Assembly: GCA_052168235.1 (NCBI GenBank)
Contig: JBQLZK010000027.1
Span: 1 to 64,000, forward strand
DNA: 64,000 bases
Source: Thainema sp.
GTDB taxonomy: Bacteria; Cyanobacteriota; Cyanobacteriia; Phormidesmidales; Phormidesmidaceae
Direction: 5' to 3'
The number at the start of each line of letters is the position of its first letter. The first letter of the stretch is position 1. Both the position numbers and the translations under genes were made by a program. The notes under the pieces were generated by a model, which was not told the origin of the DNA, did no database searches, and saw only the letters and a list, made by a program, of their open reading frames with translations. Below, piece after piece: positions 20,660-32,410 of the stretch.

Positions 20660-21721
20660 CTAGAGATTAACGACCACTGACTGCGGTGTCTCAATCGATT
20701 GATTGGGCTGATTCCAGACTTGACCATCCAGCGCCATTTCTTCAATTAAGCTAGCTAGCCGCAGTGCTTTCAGAGCCTGCTCACCACCAACGGAGGGCTG
20801 AACGCCGCCGCGTACACAGTTCACAAAGTGCTCTAGTTCGGCGTGAAGGGGTTCAATATTGCTGGTGTAGACCTTTTCGATCAGGCCGTCTTGGCGATAG
20901 AGGACTTGGCCGTAGTCTGTCCGATAATTGGCTGTTGTTTGCCGATTGATCAAAATTTCGTTGTTGAGGAAATCTGCTTCCGTCAGTGAATTTTTGCAGT
21001 GGGCGGCAATGCTGCGAATTTTGCGGTGGGTGACTTTGCTGGCGGTTAGCGTCGCGACGATGCCGTTGGCAAAACCCAACGTGGCTGTCACGTAGTCTAA
21101 ATAGCCAGAATCTGAGGCCCGACTGCCGCTGGCCGTGAGCCGCACAACAGGACTGCCTGCCAATTCCAGCAGCAGGTCAATATCGTGAATCATCAAATCC
21201 AGCACAACCGAGACATCATTGGCTCGCTGAGAGTAGGGACTCATGCGGTGTGCTTCCAGGGCCAGCAGCTCCTCGGTCTTTAGCACTTTGCTGAGTTCCT
21301 GAAAGGCGGGGTTAAAGCGCTCAATGTGACCGACTTGAAGGATGCACTGCGACTCAGCCGCGAGATTGACTAGCGATTCGGCCTCGGCAATGCTGGCGGC
21401 AATGGGCTTCTCAATCAAAACATGCTTGCCCGCTTGCAGACAGGTCATGCCGACGGAGTGGTGTAGACGAGTCGGAACCGCAATACACACCGCATCGACA
21501 TGCTCCAGCAGATCGTGGTAATCCTCAAAGAAGCGAACTCGGTATTTGCTAGCCGTATCCAAGCCCCGTTCGACGTTGATATCCGAAACCCCAATCAGTT
21601 CAACATCTTTGAGCAAACTCAAGACGCGAGTATGGTGCTGGCCCATATTGCCCACCCCAATCACGCCAATGCGGATGGGTTCTGGTGAATTGCGATAGGT
21701 CTGAGTCTCTGAGGCAGACAT
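20660..21721 (-). CDS. Gfo/Idh/MocA family oxidoreductase
   Basis: IGVIGVGNMG, GKHVLIEKP, VGHIERFNP, DLMIHDID. Confidence 0.92.
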   Translation of the reverse strand: MSASETQTYRNSPEPIRIGVIGVGNMGQHHTRVLSLLKDVELIGVSDINVERGLDTASKYRVRFFEDYHDLLEHVDAVCIAVPTRLHHSVGMTCLQAGKHVLIEKPIAASIAEAESLVNLAAESQCILQVGHIERFNPAFQELSKVLKTEELLALEAHRMSPYSQRANDVSVVLDLMIHDIDLLLELAGSPVVRLTASGSRASDSGYLDYVTATLGFANGIVATLTASKVTHRKIRSIAAHCKNSLTEADFLNNEILINRQTTANYRTDYGQVLYRQDGLIEKVYTSNIEPLHAELEHFVNCVRGGVQPSVGGEQALKALRLASLIEEMALDGQVWNQPNQSIETPQSVVVNL

Positions 21722-22027
21722 ACTTGCACTCCTAGTTGCGTCTTGTGATGACTAATTCGGTAGGGACAGTAAGTAGTGAAATATACTTATACTGGACGGC
21801 AAATCCAACCAGATAGTATCACAACAGTTAGATATATAAAGAATCTCAAAGAATCTCAAAGAATCTTCGACCTGAGCCGAACAGGTTGTTACTCAGGCTT
21901 ATGAGTAAGCTGATTTGGTTTTGAGCGCGATCGCACTTAGCCCGCCAGCCTATCCACCCCGATCTATTGAGTATTGTGAAGGACGATCTGCTTGTCGAAC
22001 TCGTTCGTGTGGCACTTCAACAGCCGT

Positions 22028-23383
22028 CTACTGGGCTGAGTTCGCTGGGCTTAAACCCAAAAAATATCCCACCAAGTACAGAGAGCCACACAGTACCGTT
22101 AGATGTTGATCGGCATTAGGAGTTTCAATTGCGGCGTCCAAGGCAGATTGTAAATCCGCATAGGTTTGGCAACAGGCCAAGGTAGGACAAATTGAGTTAG
22201 CCAGTTCTGCCAGATGTGCGGGATCAGCCGACTGGTGGTCAGGCACGGGAACCAGGTACAGCCGATCACCGGATTGCAGCCACTCTTTGAGCATGTCTGC
22301 GTGATCTTTTGTGTCTAAAATACCGACAACCCAGGTGACAGACGGGGCGGCACGGCGCTCGCGATCGCACTTCACATACTGTCCCAAAACCTTGGCAGCG
22401 GCGGGATTGTGGGCACCGTCTACCAAAATTGGCTGGTTGCGCCAGTGGGCAATTTGGAGTCGCCCCGGCCAGCGAGCCTGCGCCATGCCCTGTTCAATGG
22501 CGTGAGCTGGAATTTGCCATCCCTGTAGCTGCAGCAGTTGTAGAGCCGCAACTGCGATCGCAGAATTGGTGCGCTGATGTTCACCCAGGAGCGACAGCGA
22601 ATACTGGACGGGTGGGCAGGAGGCTAACGATATGTGATGGGTTTTAGCTCGATCGGGTACATATTGCAGCAGTCCCGGCTCAATTTCCTCAGCAGGCTCG
22701 ATCCAAACGTTTGGGCAATTCAGCTCAGCCAACCGCCGTTCCACCACCTGCTTGGCTTCATCCGGTAACGGGCCAATCACGGCTGGACGGCTCGATTTCA
22801 AAATTCCGGCTTTTTCCCGCGCAATGTCCGCCAGGGTTGGCCCCAGTCGCTGCCAGTGTTCACGGCTGAGCGAGGTGATTACGCTGACCAAAGGGCGATC
22901 GCAAACGTTGGTCGCGTCCAGTCGTCCCCCCAGTCCCACTTCGATCACCGCAATATCCACCTGCATCTCGGCAAAGTAGAGCCAAGCGGCGGCTGTAAAG
23001 ACCTCGAACTGCGTCGGAGTGGGTTGATCTGGATCAATAGCGGCTTCAACTTGGAGGAGATGCGATCGCAACTGGTCGGTTAAAATTGGCTGTTCATTCA
23101 GACAAATACGCTCATTCCAGTTGATCAAATGCGGCGATGTGTAGCGACCAACGCGATAGCCCGCTTGAGTTAAGACCGATGACAAGTAGGCACAAACGGA
23201 ACCTTTTCCATTGGTTCCCGCCACATGCACAATCGGCACCTGGTGGTGCGGATTGCCTAAATCGGCCAAAAGTCGTTCAATCCGCTCTAAGCCCAGGTGA
23301 ACTCCAAAGCGGCCATACTGCTGGAGTATTTCGGCAGGCGTTAACGGAACCGACTGAGCCGAATCAGACAGCGGACTAGTCAT
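22028..23383 (-). CDS. folC: Folylpolyglutamate/dihydrofolate synthase
   Basis: HVAGTNGKGS, YTSPHL, EVGLGGRLDATN, DGAHN. Confidence 0.95.
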   Translation of the reverse strand: MTSPLSDSAQSVPLTPAEILQQYGRFGVHLGLERIERLLADLGNPHHQVPIVHVAGTNGKGSVCAYLSSVLTQAGYRVGRYTSPHLINWNERICLNEQPILTDQLRSHLLQVEAAIDPDQPTPTQFEVFTAAAWLYFAEMQVDIAVIEVGLGGRLDATNVCDRPLVSVITSLSREHWQRLGPTLADIAREKAGILKSSRPAVIGPLPDEAKQVVERRLAELNCPNVWIEPAEEIEPGLLQYVPDRAKTHHISLASCPPVQYSLSLLGEHQRTNSAIAVAALQLLQLQGWQIPAHAIEQGMAQARWPGRLQIAHWRNQPILVDGAHNPAAAKVLGQYVKCDRERRAAPSVTWVVGILDTKDHADMLKEWLQSGDRLYLVPVPDHQSADPAHLAELANSICPTLACCQTYADLQSALDAAIETPNADQHLTVLCGSLYLVGYFLGLSPANSAQ

Positions 23384-23395
23384 AGTAGTAGATTG

Positions 23396-24175
23396 CTATC
23401 CTTGACTATTCTTAAACTGCAACTCGTTAATCAGGACCATCGCGCGCGGCTCAAACCCTTCCGTATATTCAATCGGATAGTGGCTCAAGATGTAAAAGCC
23501 CTGTCCTTCGTGCTCCCCAATCAAGATTTCCCCAGCACTATTTTCATCTGCGTCACTGCTCAGATAGTGAATATATTCTCGCGCCCAAGGCCACACCACG
23601 ACATCTGTGCGATCGGTGATCTGCCAGCTTTGGCTCGCCAGCAAGCCTTCCTCTCCCAGAATCTGTTCCTGCAGTGCTTCTACAGTGGTAGGACGCTTAG
23701 GTAAGACCATGCGAATATAGGCATTTTCATTGAGCGTACCGCCAAAATTGGCATAGTGTGTCACAACCGTGACTTGGTCGGTTTCTTGAATATCCGTGAC
23801 AAATTCATCAATGGGCACATAGGTTGAGTAGGGCAATTCTGGCTCGGTAAACAGCTTCAGCGTCAGTTCAGTTGGCTGCCCCTCAATCTCAATTTGCTCC
23901 GATGAAAACTCAGGTCGCTGCGGAGCTGAATTATCGCCTGAATTATTGTCTGAATTTTCTGAGCCACCACCTGCATCACTAGAGGATGGCTCCTCCGAAT
24001 TATCCTCTCCAGTATCTGTACTTGAATCCGATTCGGTCGGTGATGTTGGCAATGCTGAATCAGTGGCTGAATCTCCCGAATTTCGATCCTGTATCCAACC
24101 ATCACAAGCTGTTAAGCTTACCAAACTAATTGTTAAACCCAGTGATACCAACCTGGCCATGCGTTCCCTTTTCAT
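23396..24175 (-). CDS. Hypothetical lipoprotein
   Basis: Lipobox LTAC, S/D-rich linker, HYPIEYTEGF.PR C-terminal motif; start inferred. Confidence 0.75.
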   Translation of the reverse strand: MKRERMARLVSLGLTISLVSLTACDGWIQDRNSGDSATDSALPTSPTESDSSTDTGEDNSEEPSSSDAGGGSENSDNNSGDNSAPQRPEFSSEQIEIEGQPTELTLKLFTEPELPYSTYVPIDEFVTDIQETDQVTVVTHYANFGGTLNENAYIRMVLPKRPTTVEALQEQILGEEGLLASQSWQITDRTDVVVWPWAREYIHYLSSDADENSAGEILIGEHEGQGFYILSHYPIEYTEGFEPRAMVLINELQFKNSQG

Positions 24176-24283
24176 TCCTCGTACCCCAGTTTGGAGCCGT
24201 GTTCTATGCTGTAACTCTGTACAACAAGAATCCATCCCGGCTGCAATCGTTCCCGATACTGACAAATAAAATCATGGTGTTGG

Positions 24284-24383
24284 CTCACGTCTTGCACAAA
24301 ACTCAGGAACTTATTCGGCTGCCTGATTGCAGCGACGAAATACCGATACTGGATGCTAGTTTGGCAATGTGCAAACTGTATGA
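24284..24383. mobile_element. MITE family B, strongly degenerate copy
   Basis: ctcacgtcttgcac left end, gtgcaaactgtatg right end, same length as other copies. Confidence 0.5.
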
Positions 24384-24502
24384 AACACAACTTTACATGA
24401 GAGCATTTGTTCAGATCATGATTATGACAGACGCCATGATCGTTTGGGGCGCTTGCGGTCTGGACTCTTGTATCTTTTGTATCTTTCGATGTAGGACTCG
24501 TT

Positions 24503-24769
24503 ATGACTAAACCGACTCAAGCCCATCTACCTAAAACCGTCAGTGCTAACCAGTCTGAGTTTTTTAAGCAGCGCACTAAAACTCAGATGGAATACTACAT
24601 GCGGGCAAAATTGGTTGAGGTGGGTGTTGATCCCAATGTTGCGGTTTACCGCTGGAAGGTTGAACCCAAGGGCAGCCAAGAAGTATGGACCTATAGCGCT
24701 TATTGGGATGATTCCAAAGACAAACTGCTGCAAGAAGAAGCGAAGGATACCTTTGAAGCTGAATCTTGA
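24503..24769 (+). CDS. Hypothetical protein
   Basis: 88-aa ATG ORF with AGGA SD. Confidence 0.7.
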   Translation: MTKPTQAHLPKTVSANQSEFFKQRTKTQMEYYMRAKLVEVGVDPNVAVYRWKVEPKGSQEVWTYSAYWDDSKDKLLQEEAKDTFEAES

Positions 24770-24998
24770 TGTGCTGACTACGCTATCTTCATGAACATCT
24801 CTGCCCACAGGAGTTAGCATCATCAGTCTAGATATCCATACACTAAAGCTTCATATCAGTTTTAATTCTATTGGCGCACTAGTTCAGAGCACGCAGTGAA
24901 ACTTGGATGAAAGCTGATTGCATTTTGGCAAATCACGTTTAGACCAAGCATGGCAGTTTAAGCCTGATTCATAACAATAGATGCAAAAGGAGAAGAAT

Positions 24999-25538
24999 AT
25001 GGGTCTTTTTGATCAAGTCGTTAGTGCTTTAAATAATCCAAATCAACAAGCAAACCCAGGCCAGTTGAGTGGCATCTTGGACACAGTGCAGCAGGTGATG
25101 AATGGACAAGGCATGGATGCTGCAACGTCTCAGACCTTGCTTTCAGTGGTTGGCAAGCATGTGCGTTCGGCCTTACAGGAAAAGCGCACCACTCAGGGGG
25201 CCAGTCAAGTAGAAGATTTGGTGAATCAATACAGCGGCACTGGAGCCAATCCATCAGCAGTCCCATCGATCTTTAATCCTGAACAAGAGCAGCGGACGGT
25301 AGAAGATTCCGCACGGGCTACCGGCTTAAATGCTCAAACCATTCAGTCTTTGCTGCCGATGTTGATTCCGATCGTGCTCCAGTTCTTGCAGTCTGGTTCA
25401 GCCAAACAGCCCAGTGCCCGAGGAACTGGTGGCTCAAATTCAGTGCTAAATGCCTTCTTAGACTCCGATCGGGATGGCGATGTGGATATGGGCGATGCGC
25501 TCTCTGTTGCAGGTCAATTTCTGCGATCGCAACGCTAA
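24999..25538 (+). CDS. DUF937-like protein
   Basis: MGLFDQV...SLLPMLIP...FLDSDRDGDVDMGD. Confidence 0.8.
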   Translation: MGLFDQVVSALNNPNQQANPGQLSGILDTVQQVMNGQGMDAATSQTLLSVVGKHVRSALQEKRTTQGASQVEDLVNQYSGTGANPSAVPSIFNPEQEQRTVEDSARATGLNAQTIQSLLPMLIPIVLQFLQSGSAKQPSARGTGGSNSVLNAFLDSDRDGDVDMGDALSVAGQFLRSQR

Positions 25539-25652
25539 GTTCTCGCTCAATATTTCGCTCAATATTTCGCTCAATTGTTGATTGGTTGCTAAACGCCTGA
25601 AAGGGTTATGTTGCTGCATGTCGCACTAACATGACCCTTCTTGATTAGGAAA

Positions 25653-25764
25653 TACAGCATTGTAGCTTTACGTTATCAGGTTAAGACAACTGTTTTTTTG
25701 AGAAGCTGCGCTCCGCCCGGCTTCTCAAAAAACAGTTGTCTGCTTCTAAGCGCACAGCGCTATG
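25653..25764. mobile_element. Miniature element with long hairpin core
   Basis: tacagc...gcgcta ends; agacaactgtttttttgagaagc...gcttctcaaaaaacagttgtct palindrome with gctccgc loop. Confidence 0.6.
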
Positions 25765-25886
25765 TGCAACACGGCAAGATCCAACAAAACTGTAAAACAA
25801 GCTAACAGAACGTTTTAATGAATGGGTCTGACAGTACAATGTGGCTCTGTGAAAGGTCCTGAAACGGTCAGTGAAAGGTTTGCTCT

Positions 25887-26714
25887 ATGACTTCCACCAC
25901 TCGTCGGTCGCCCCAAGTTTCTGCTGCTGCGCCCACTGCGGAACCGCAGCAGGTTGATGCCTCCACTCCAGCTCAACCATCTTCCTCTCAGACACATTCA
26001 ACACCCACTAATTCAACGCAGGCTAATTCGCGATCGCACCAGAAGGGCTTCATTGTCCAGTTTGATCAGGTGAGCAAAACCTATCGCAATCAGACCCAAG
26101 CGTTAGAAAACATCAACTTACAGGTTCGACAAGGAGATTTCTTGTTTATCACTGGGCCATCCGGTTCGGGCAAATCGACGCTACTCAAGCTGATGTATGG
26201 TCAAGAGCGAGCCACCAGCGGCGAAATTAAAGTACAGAATTACGATCTGAAAAATCTGCGGGGGCATCAACTGGCTCAATTACGTCGTCGGATTGGGATT
26301 GTGTTTCAAGATTACAAACTAATTCCGCGCCGCACGGTAATGGAAAACGTCGCGTTTGTACTGTGGGCACAGGGATTTACGCGCAAAGAAATTCAGCGCC
26401 GCCTAGAGCCAACGCTAAAAATGGTGGGTTTGTATCATAAGGCTAAATGTTTCCCAGATGAGCTATCGGGAGGTGAACAGCAGCGGGTTAGTATCGCCAG
26501 AGCGGTGGTTGGAACGCCACCTTTACTGCTAGCGGATGAGCCGACCGGGAATTTAGATCCCGATAATTCTTGGCAGATTATGAAAATTCTCAAGAAGCTC
26601 AATTCAATCGGTATCACGGTGATTGTGACAACCCATGATGAACATTTGGTGCGCTTATCGAATCAGCCTGTGATGCAGTTACGACACGGCCATTTGTTAC
26701 AAGTGCGGTGCTAA
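25887..26714 (+). CDS. ftsE: Cell division ATP-binding protein FtsE
   Basis: GPSGSGKST, LRRRIGIVFQDYKL, LSGGEQQRVSIARAVV, ADEPTGNLDP. Confidence 0.9.
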   Translation: MTSTTRRSPQVSAAAPTAEPQQVDASTPAQPSSSQTHSTPTNSTQANSRSHQKGFIVQFDQVSKTYRNQTQALENINLQVRQGDFLFITGPSGSGKSTLLKLMYGQERATSGEIKVQNYDLKNLRGHQLAQLRRRIGIVFQDYKLIPRRTVMENVAFVLWAQGFTRKEIQRRLEPTLKMVGLYHKAKCFPDELSGGEQQRVSIARAVVGTPPLLLADEPTGNLDPDNSWQIMKILKKLNSIGITVIVTTHDEHLVRLSNQPVMQLRHGHLLQVRC

Positions 26715-26920
26715 GCGATGGTCAGCGCACCTGAACGCACTTAAACAAAGAAGTATCTTTTATTACTAGGGAGTAACAAGTATTTCCTGATTTTTAGTTC
26801 ATTCATCAAGAAATGATGAGCAAATAGACAAATCATTTTGGATTGGTCTAGAGCTAGATTAGTGTGTAGGAATCTCCTGTATATGCGGGTGGTTAGTTCA
26901 GGCAACGCGACGGGTTTCGA

Positions 26921-28189
26921 TTGTCTAGCTTCGGTTTTGTCGTGGCTCATCTTTTTACTCACTCTCTACAGCGAATTCATCTCTTATCTGGTGATACCTT
27001 GTTTCAAGAAGGGGAACAGGGTGATTTTGCTTATATTTTGGAAGAGGGTGAGATCGACATTATTGCCAATATTCATGGCAAAAAGCACACGTTGAACCGA
27101 CTCGAAACGGGCGTTTTATTTGGTGAATTAGCGCTGATTGATGGTCGTCCTCGTTCGGCAACTGCGATCGCACGTACAGATTGTTTGCTGACTGTCATCA
27201 CGCCGGAGCAGGTTGAACGACGGTTGCTGTCGGCTGATCCGGTTTTACAAATGCTGTTGCTGAGCGTGACTCGCTATTTCCGCTCGGAAGCAACTCGCCG
27301 CATGACGCAGGGCTCGCTGACTGCTGACGCCGTTATTCCCAATGTGGCAGATCCGGTCGTTGAGACGATAGAAGCTCGGCTGCTAGCCGCTGTTGATTTG
27401 ATTCGCTTGGAATGTGAACTGCGATCAGCGATTGAACAGCAGCAGTTTCAACTGCATTATCAACCGATTGTGCAACTGGCAACTGGGCAGGTGAGCGGAT
27501 TTGAAGCCTTGATTCGCTGGCAGAGCCCGACTCGTGGATTTGTGCGGCCCGATCGGTTTATGCCGCTGGCTGAAGTCACGTCGCTGATTTTGCCGCTTGG
27601 GGAATGGGTGATTGCAGAAGGGTGCCGGGTGCTGCAGGACTTGCAGCGCTGTGTATCCTATCCCCTGTTTATCAGTTTCAATATTGCAAGTCAGCAGATT
27701 CAAGACCCCAACTTTATTCCCTTTTTGCGGAAAGTGGTGGATCGATATCAGCTACAGCCTAAGCAAATCAAGCTGGAGATTCTAGAACGCAGCCTGGTCG
27801 ATAGTGACGAAGCTATTGCCTGGATTGAGGAGTGTCAGGCGGATGGATTTGCGATCGCACTTGATGATTTTGGCACGGGGTACTCCAGTCTAGAATATTT
27901 GAAGCTTTATCAGTTTAATACGCTCAAAATCGACAAAACCTTTGTGCAAGACCTGTGCGACAACACGCGAAGTCAGGGACTCTGTCAGGTGATTATTCAG
28001 CTCGCTCATACATTAAATATGACGGTTGTTGCCGAAGGCGTTGAAACCGAAGCTCAGCAACAGTGGCTGACTCAATTGAACTGCACGTATGGTCAAGGTT
28101 ATCTCTTTTCAAAAGCTTTGCCCCATGAACTGCTTAAGCCGTATCTACAACAGATGGAACAACCGCTGTCTTTGCAACGACCGCTGTGA
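26921..28189 (+). CDS. cNMP-binding + EAL domain c-di-GMP phosphodiesterase
   Basis: FGELALIDGRPRSATA; YQPIV..FEALIRW; LDDFGTGYSSL; VAEGVET. Confidence 0.9.
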   Translation: MSSFGFVVAHLFTHSLQRIHLLSGDTLFQEGEQGDFAYILEEGEIDIIANIHGKKHTLNRLETGVLFGELALIDGRPRSATAIARTDCLLTVITPEQVERRLLSADPVLQMLLLSVTRYFRSEATRRMTQGSLTADAVIPNVADPVVETIEARLLAAVDLIRLECELRSAIEQQQFQLHYQPIVQLATGQVSGFEALIRWQSPTRGFVRPDRFMPLAEVTSLILPLGEWVIAEGCRVLQDLQRCVSYPLFISFNIASQQIQDPNFIPFLRKVVDRYQLQPKQIKLEILERSLVDSDEAIAWIEECQADGFAIALDDFGTGYSSLEYLKLYQFNTLKIDKTFVQDLCDNTRSQGLCQVIIQLAHTLNMTVVAEGVETEAQQQWLTQLNCTYGQGYLFSKALPHELLKPYLQQMEQPLSLQRPL

Positions 28190-28221
28190 CATCTTTTCTA
28201 CGTTTTATAGCTCTACTAACA

Positions 28222-28254
28222 CTAAAAAGCCGGGGTCATGCCCCGGCTTTTTAG
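28222..28254. terminator. Terminator hairpin downstream of sbtB (second copy)
   Basis: ctaaaaagccgggg-tcatg-ccccggctttttag; homologous hairpin near 30346-30378. Confidence 0.7.
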
Positions 28255-28271
28255 ATCGATGCTGTCTCAAT

Positions 28272-28694
<423 letters not shown>

Positions 28695-29885
28695 TTAGCC
28701 GCCCCCCATCAGCACCTGGGCGAGTTCAGTGAACAGGGGGATTCCCAATGCGATCGCAACTGGCGTGCCGAGAGCTGTGGACGAGCCGATGTAAGCAGAG
28801 GGATTTGCTGACGGAATGCCAGCGCGTAACGTAGGCGGGCCTGAGATGTCTGAGTTGGAGGCAGCAATAACGGCCAAAATTACGACGCCGCCAGGGCTGA
28901 ATCCTGTGACGTAGTGAGCAACCATGCCGAGCCCAAAGCCGATGAACCCATGCAACAGCGGTGCCGCGAAGGCATATAGGGCATACCACTGAGCCACCTT
29001 ACGCAGCTCATTGACCCTTGACCAGGCTTCCATACCCATGACCAGCATCAGGATCGACAGTAGACCACGGAAGAGGGGATCGTAGAAGCTCTCAAAGACA
29101 CTTTCCGGCTGGGTTAGCAGACCTAGCACAATGCCGAGCAGCAGTGCTGAGAGGGCATAGCCCTGGAGGCTTTCTTTCACAATGGGCCAGATCTTGACCC
29201 GTCCGCCTGCGCTACCACTCGACTCGCTGGCAGACCTACCTGCGCCACCACCTGGCTCGCCGGAATATCCACCTGCCGTACCGCGTTGGCCACTACCGGG
29301 ATACCCGCCTGCGGTACCGCCCTGCTCAACAGGATATCCGCCTGCGGTAACGGTCTGCTTGCTAATATAATTCTCATTTTTGAGATACTTTGCGCGCTTC
29401 TGCTTACGGGTATAAATGCTAGCTAGGACGATTGCCGTTACAAGCGCTGGAATATCCATGAAAGGATAGAGTGCAGGAGACCAAGCCTCGTAGAACGTGC
29501 CTTGCGCTTCCAGGGTGGATATGGCGGCGGCGAGGGTAGAGCCACTTACGGCCCCGAACAAGCCCCCAGTCGCCAGGGCATCCACGACTCTGATGCTTGG
29601 CAGCCTGGCCAACGTGAAGTTTGCGATAAACACGATCAGAATACCAATTCCCACGGAGAACACCGCAGGCAACAGCATCTCCGCCAAATTGGCCTCACGG
29701 ATCGAAATGCCGCCCTCTAAACCAACTGTAATGAGCAGCATAAATACGATGAATTTATAGATCGCATCGGGAATTTGCAGTCGGCTACCGAGAGCAGCAA
29801 TGAACACACCAGCCAGTAGAAAGCCGAGGGTTGGGGACTGCAACTGCGCCACGAAGCGCTCTAATAAATGGGACAAAAAATCCAC
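28695..29885 (-). CDS. sbtA: Sodium-dependent bicarbonate transporter SbtA (copy 2)
   Basis: QLQSPTLGFL, GAVSGST, MDIPALV, SDISGPPTLRAGIPSANPSAYIG. Confidence 0.95.
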   Translation of the reverse strand: MDFLSHLLERFVAQLQSPTLGFLLAGVFIAALGSRLQIPDAIYKFIVFMLLITVGLEGGISIREANLAEMLLPAVFSVGIGILIVFIANFTLARLPSIRVVDALATGGLFGAVSGSTLAAAISTLEAQGTFYEAWSPALYPFMDIPALVTAIVLASIYTRKQKRAKYLKNENYISKQTVTAGGYPVEQGGTAGGYPGSGQRGTAGGYSGEPGGGAGRSASESSGSAGGRVKIWPIVKESLQGYALSALLLGIVLGLLTQPESVFESFYDPLFRGLLSILMLVMGMEAWSRVNELRKVAQWYALYAFAAPLLHGFIGFGLGMVAHYVTGFSPGGVVILAVIAASNSDISGPPTLRAGIPSANPSAYIGSSTALGTPVAIALGIPLFTELAQVLMGGG

Positions 29886-30080
29886 GAAAACCTCCTTCCA
29901 CCTCCTTTAATAAGGGTGATTATTGTGATTCAGTGAGCTTGAATAAGTTGAACAAAACAAGGGTGAATCAATTCACCTCTACAGCACACCTACCCATAAG
30001 AACCTGTTGATAGGGTTTGTTCAGAAATGACTACTCTCTGAACGGTCTTACAAGGCGATCGCTGTTCTGTATCACCTCAT

Positions 30081-30128
30081 ATAGATTAAAATCTATCAAG
30101 GTTTAAATCTTCATGTGTTTAAGTCTAT
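30081..30128 (-). promoter_or_regulatory. NdhR/CcmR-like LysR boxes upstream of sbtA copy 2
   Basis: ATAG-attaaaat-CTAT plus ATGT-N8-CTAT 32 bp away; same layout at 32601-32648. Confidence 0.65.
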
Positions 30129-30399
30129 CATTTGAAGCAATGTTTTTTGCGCCTCGGTAGCACAGATTTGAAATAAAATGTCAAATCTAAATCATAAGTT
30201 TTTCTTTTGATCTTTGATTTTCAGCATATTTTTGGCTGATGTGAGATGTGAGTTTGCGATCGCAGATCCACACTCCTGTCTGATATTGTTCATGAGGTTC
30301 CTTGTGCTATCTGTGTCAATGTCTCGTGGACAAGAAATATGGCCACTAAAAAGCCGGGGGCATGCCCCCGGCTTTTTAAGTCTGTGTCGTCTCGATTTA

Positions 30400-30816
<417 letters not shown>

Positions 30817-32031
30817 TTAGCCACCCGTCATCGCCTGGGCTAGCCCAACGAAGAGCGGTATGCACAGGGCAATAGCAACTGGTGTGCCGACAGCTGTGGA
30901 TGCGCCGATATAGGCGGAGGGATTGGCGGAGGGGATACCAGCCCGTAACGTGGGCGGCCCTGAGATGTCTGAACTGGAGGCGGCAATGATGGCCAGGAGC
31001 GCGACGCCGCCAGGGGTGAACCCCGTAGCGTAGTGGGCAATCATGCCGAGACCGAAAGCGATAAACCCATGCAGAAAGGGTGCGAAAAAGGCATACAGAG
31101 CGTACCACTGGGCCACCTTGCGCAACTCATTGAGTCGTGCCCAGGCTTCCATTCCCATAACCAACATCAGAATTGAAAGCAGACCGCGAAAGAGAGGCTC
31201 GTAGAAGCTTTCAAAAACGCTTTCAGGCCGGGTGAGGATGCCCAGGGCAAGACCGAGCAGCAGTGCCGATAAAGCAGATCCCTGAAGGCTTTCCTGAACG
31301 ATGGGCCAGATCTTGACTCGCCCACCTGCGGAACCGCCTGGTTCGCTGGAATATCCGCCTGAGCTACCGCCGCCGCCGGAATATCCACCTACAGTACCAC
31401 CCTGGTCAATGGAATATGCGCCTGTGGGAACTGCGGGAACGGGCTGGTCGATGGGAGTCCCGACTGCAGGAACTGCGGGAACGGGCTGCTTGCCGAGATA
31501 CTCATCCTTGCTGATATAGGCATCATTTTTATATTTGTTGCGCTTCTGCTTGCTGGTATAAATGCTGGCCAAGACAATCGCAGTCACGAGTGCTGGAATG
31601 TCCATGAAGGGATAAAGTGCGCCAGCCCAGGCCTCGTATTGAACGCCTTGCCCTTCCAGTACTGTGATGCCAGCGGCGAGGGTAGAGCCACTAACGGCTC
31701 CGAACAGGCCCCCGGTCGCCAGGGCATCTACGGTTCTAATACCCCGTAGCTTAGCTAGCGTGTAGCTGGCAACGAATACAATCAGGATCCCCGTTATCAC
31801 AGCGAACAGCGCGGGCAGCAACATTTCCGCCAGGTTGGCATTGCGAATCGCAATGCCGCCGCTCAGGCCAACTTTGATGAGCAGCATGAAGACAATAAAC
31901 TTATAGATTGCATCGGGAATGGCCAGTTGGCTACCGAGGGCGGCAATAATGATACCGCCCATCAGAAAACCAAGCGTTGGGGACTGCAACTGCGCCCCGA
32001 ATTTTGTTAAGAAATCTGACAAGAAATCCAC
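30817..32031 (-). CDS. sbtA: Sodium-dependent bicarbonate transporter SbtA (copy 1)
   Basis: Same motifs as copy 2; GTG start with GGAGG SD. Confidence 0.95.
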   Translation of the reverse strand: MDFLSDFLTKFGAQLQSPTLGFLMGGIIIAALGSQLAIPDAIYKFIVFMLLIKVGLSGGIAIRNANLAEMLLPALFAVITGILIVFVASYTLAKLRGIRTVDALATGGLFGAVSGSTLAAGITVLEGQGVQYEAWAGALYPFMDIPALVTAIVLASIYTSKQKRNKYKNDAYISKDEYLGKQPVPAVPAVGTPIDQPVPAVPTGAYSIDQGGTVGGYSGGGGSSGGYSSEPGGSAGGRVKIWPIVQESLQGSALSALLLGLALGILTRPESVFESFYEPLFRGLLSILMLVMGMEAWARLNELRKVAQWYALYAFFAPFLHGFIAFGLGMIAHYATGFTPGGVALLAIIAASSSDISGPPTLRAGIPSANPSAYIGASTAVGTPVAIALCIPLFVGLAQAMTGG

Positions 32032-32144
32032 TTTGTAATTCCTCCTTAATTTGGATGTTAGGGGTCAGGACGGCAGCTAAGTATGGCCTCGAATCCTGAG
32101 TGGCGGCTCTGCGCATCCGGGTGAGCAGCGAGTTAAACCGCCAC

Positions 32145-32410
32145 TCTATTGCATCTGCATTCCGGTGCGTCATGGGTTGAATGGACGACCCGAAGTATCC
32201 AGCACCGAGCGATTAACGTTGAAGCCATTCAGGTTAAACGCCATCGCATTCACTCCCAGAGCTGCAAACCAGATGCAGACTGCGGGAAACACGGCCAACG
32301 AGAGACGAAGATGGGGCTGACTGCGAAAGCCCCTGCAATGTACAGAAAGTTCCGACAAGTTATGCAAGAGAAATTTGCCATAAGTACCTCCTTCCGACCC
32401 CCAATCAAGA
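32145..32410 (-). pseudogene. psbA: Decayed psbA (PSII D1) C-terminal fragment
   Basis: [34 protein letters not shown] aligns with D1 [35 protein letters not shown]. Confidence 0.8.

Noticed and set aside
32250..32381. ATG with strong GGAGGT SD opening a 43-aa frame over the psbA fragment
   Set aside because: Out of frame with the D1 similarity and has no recognisable features; cannot be supported as a gene.
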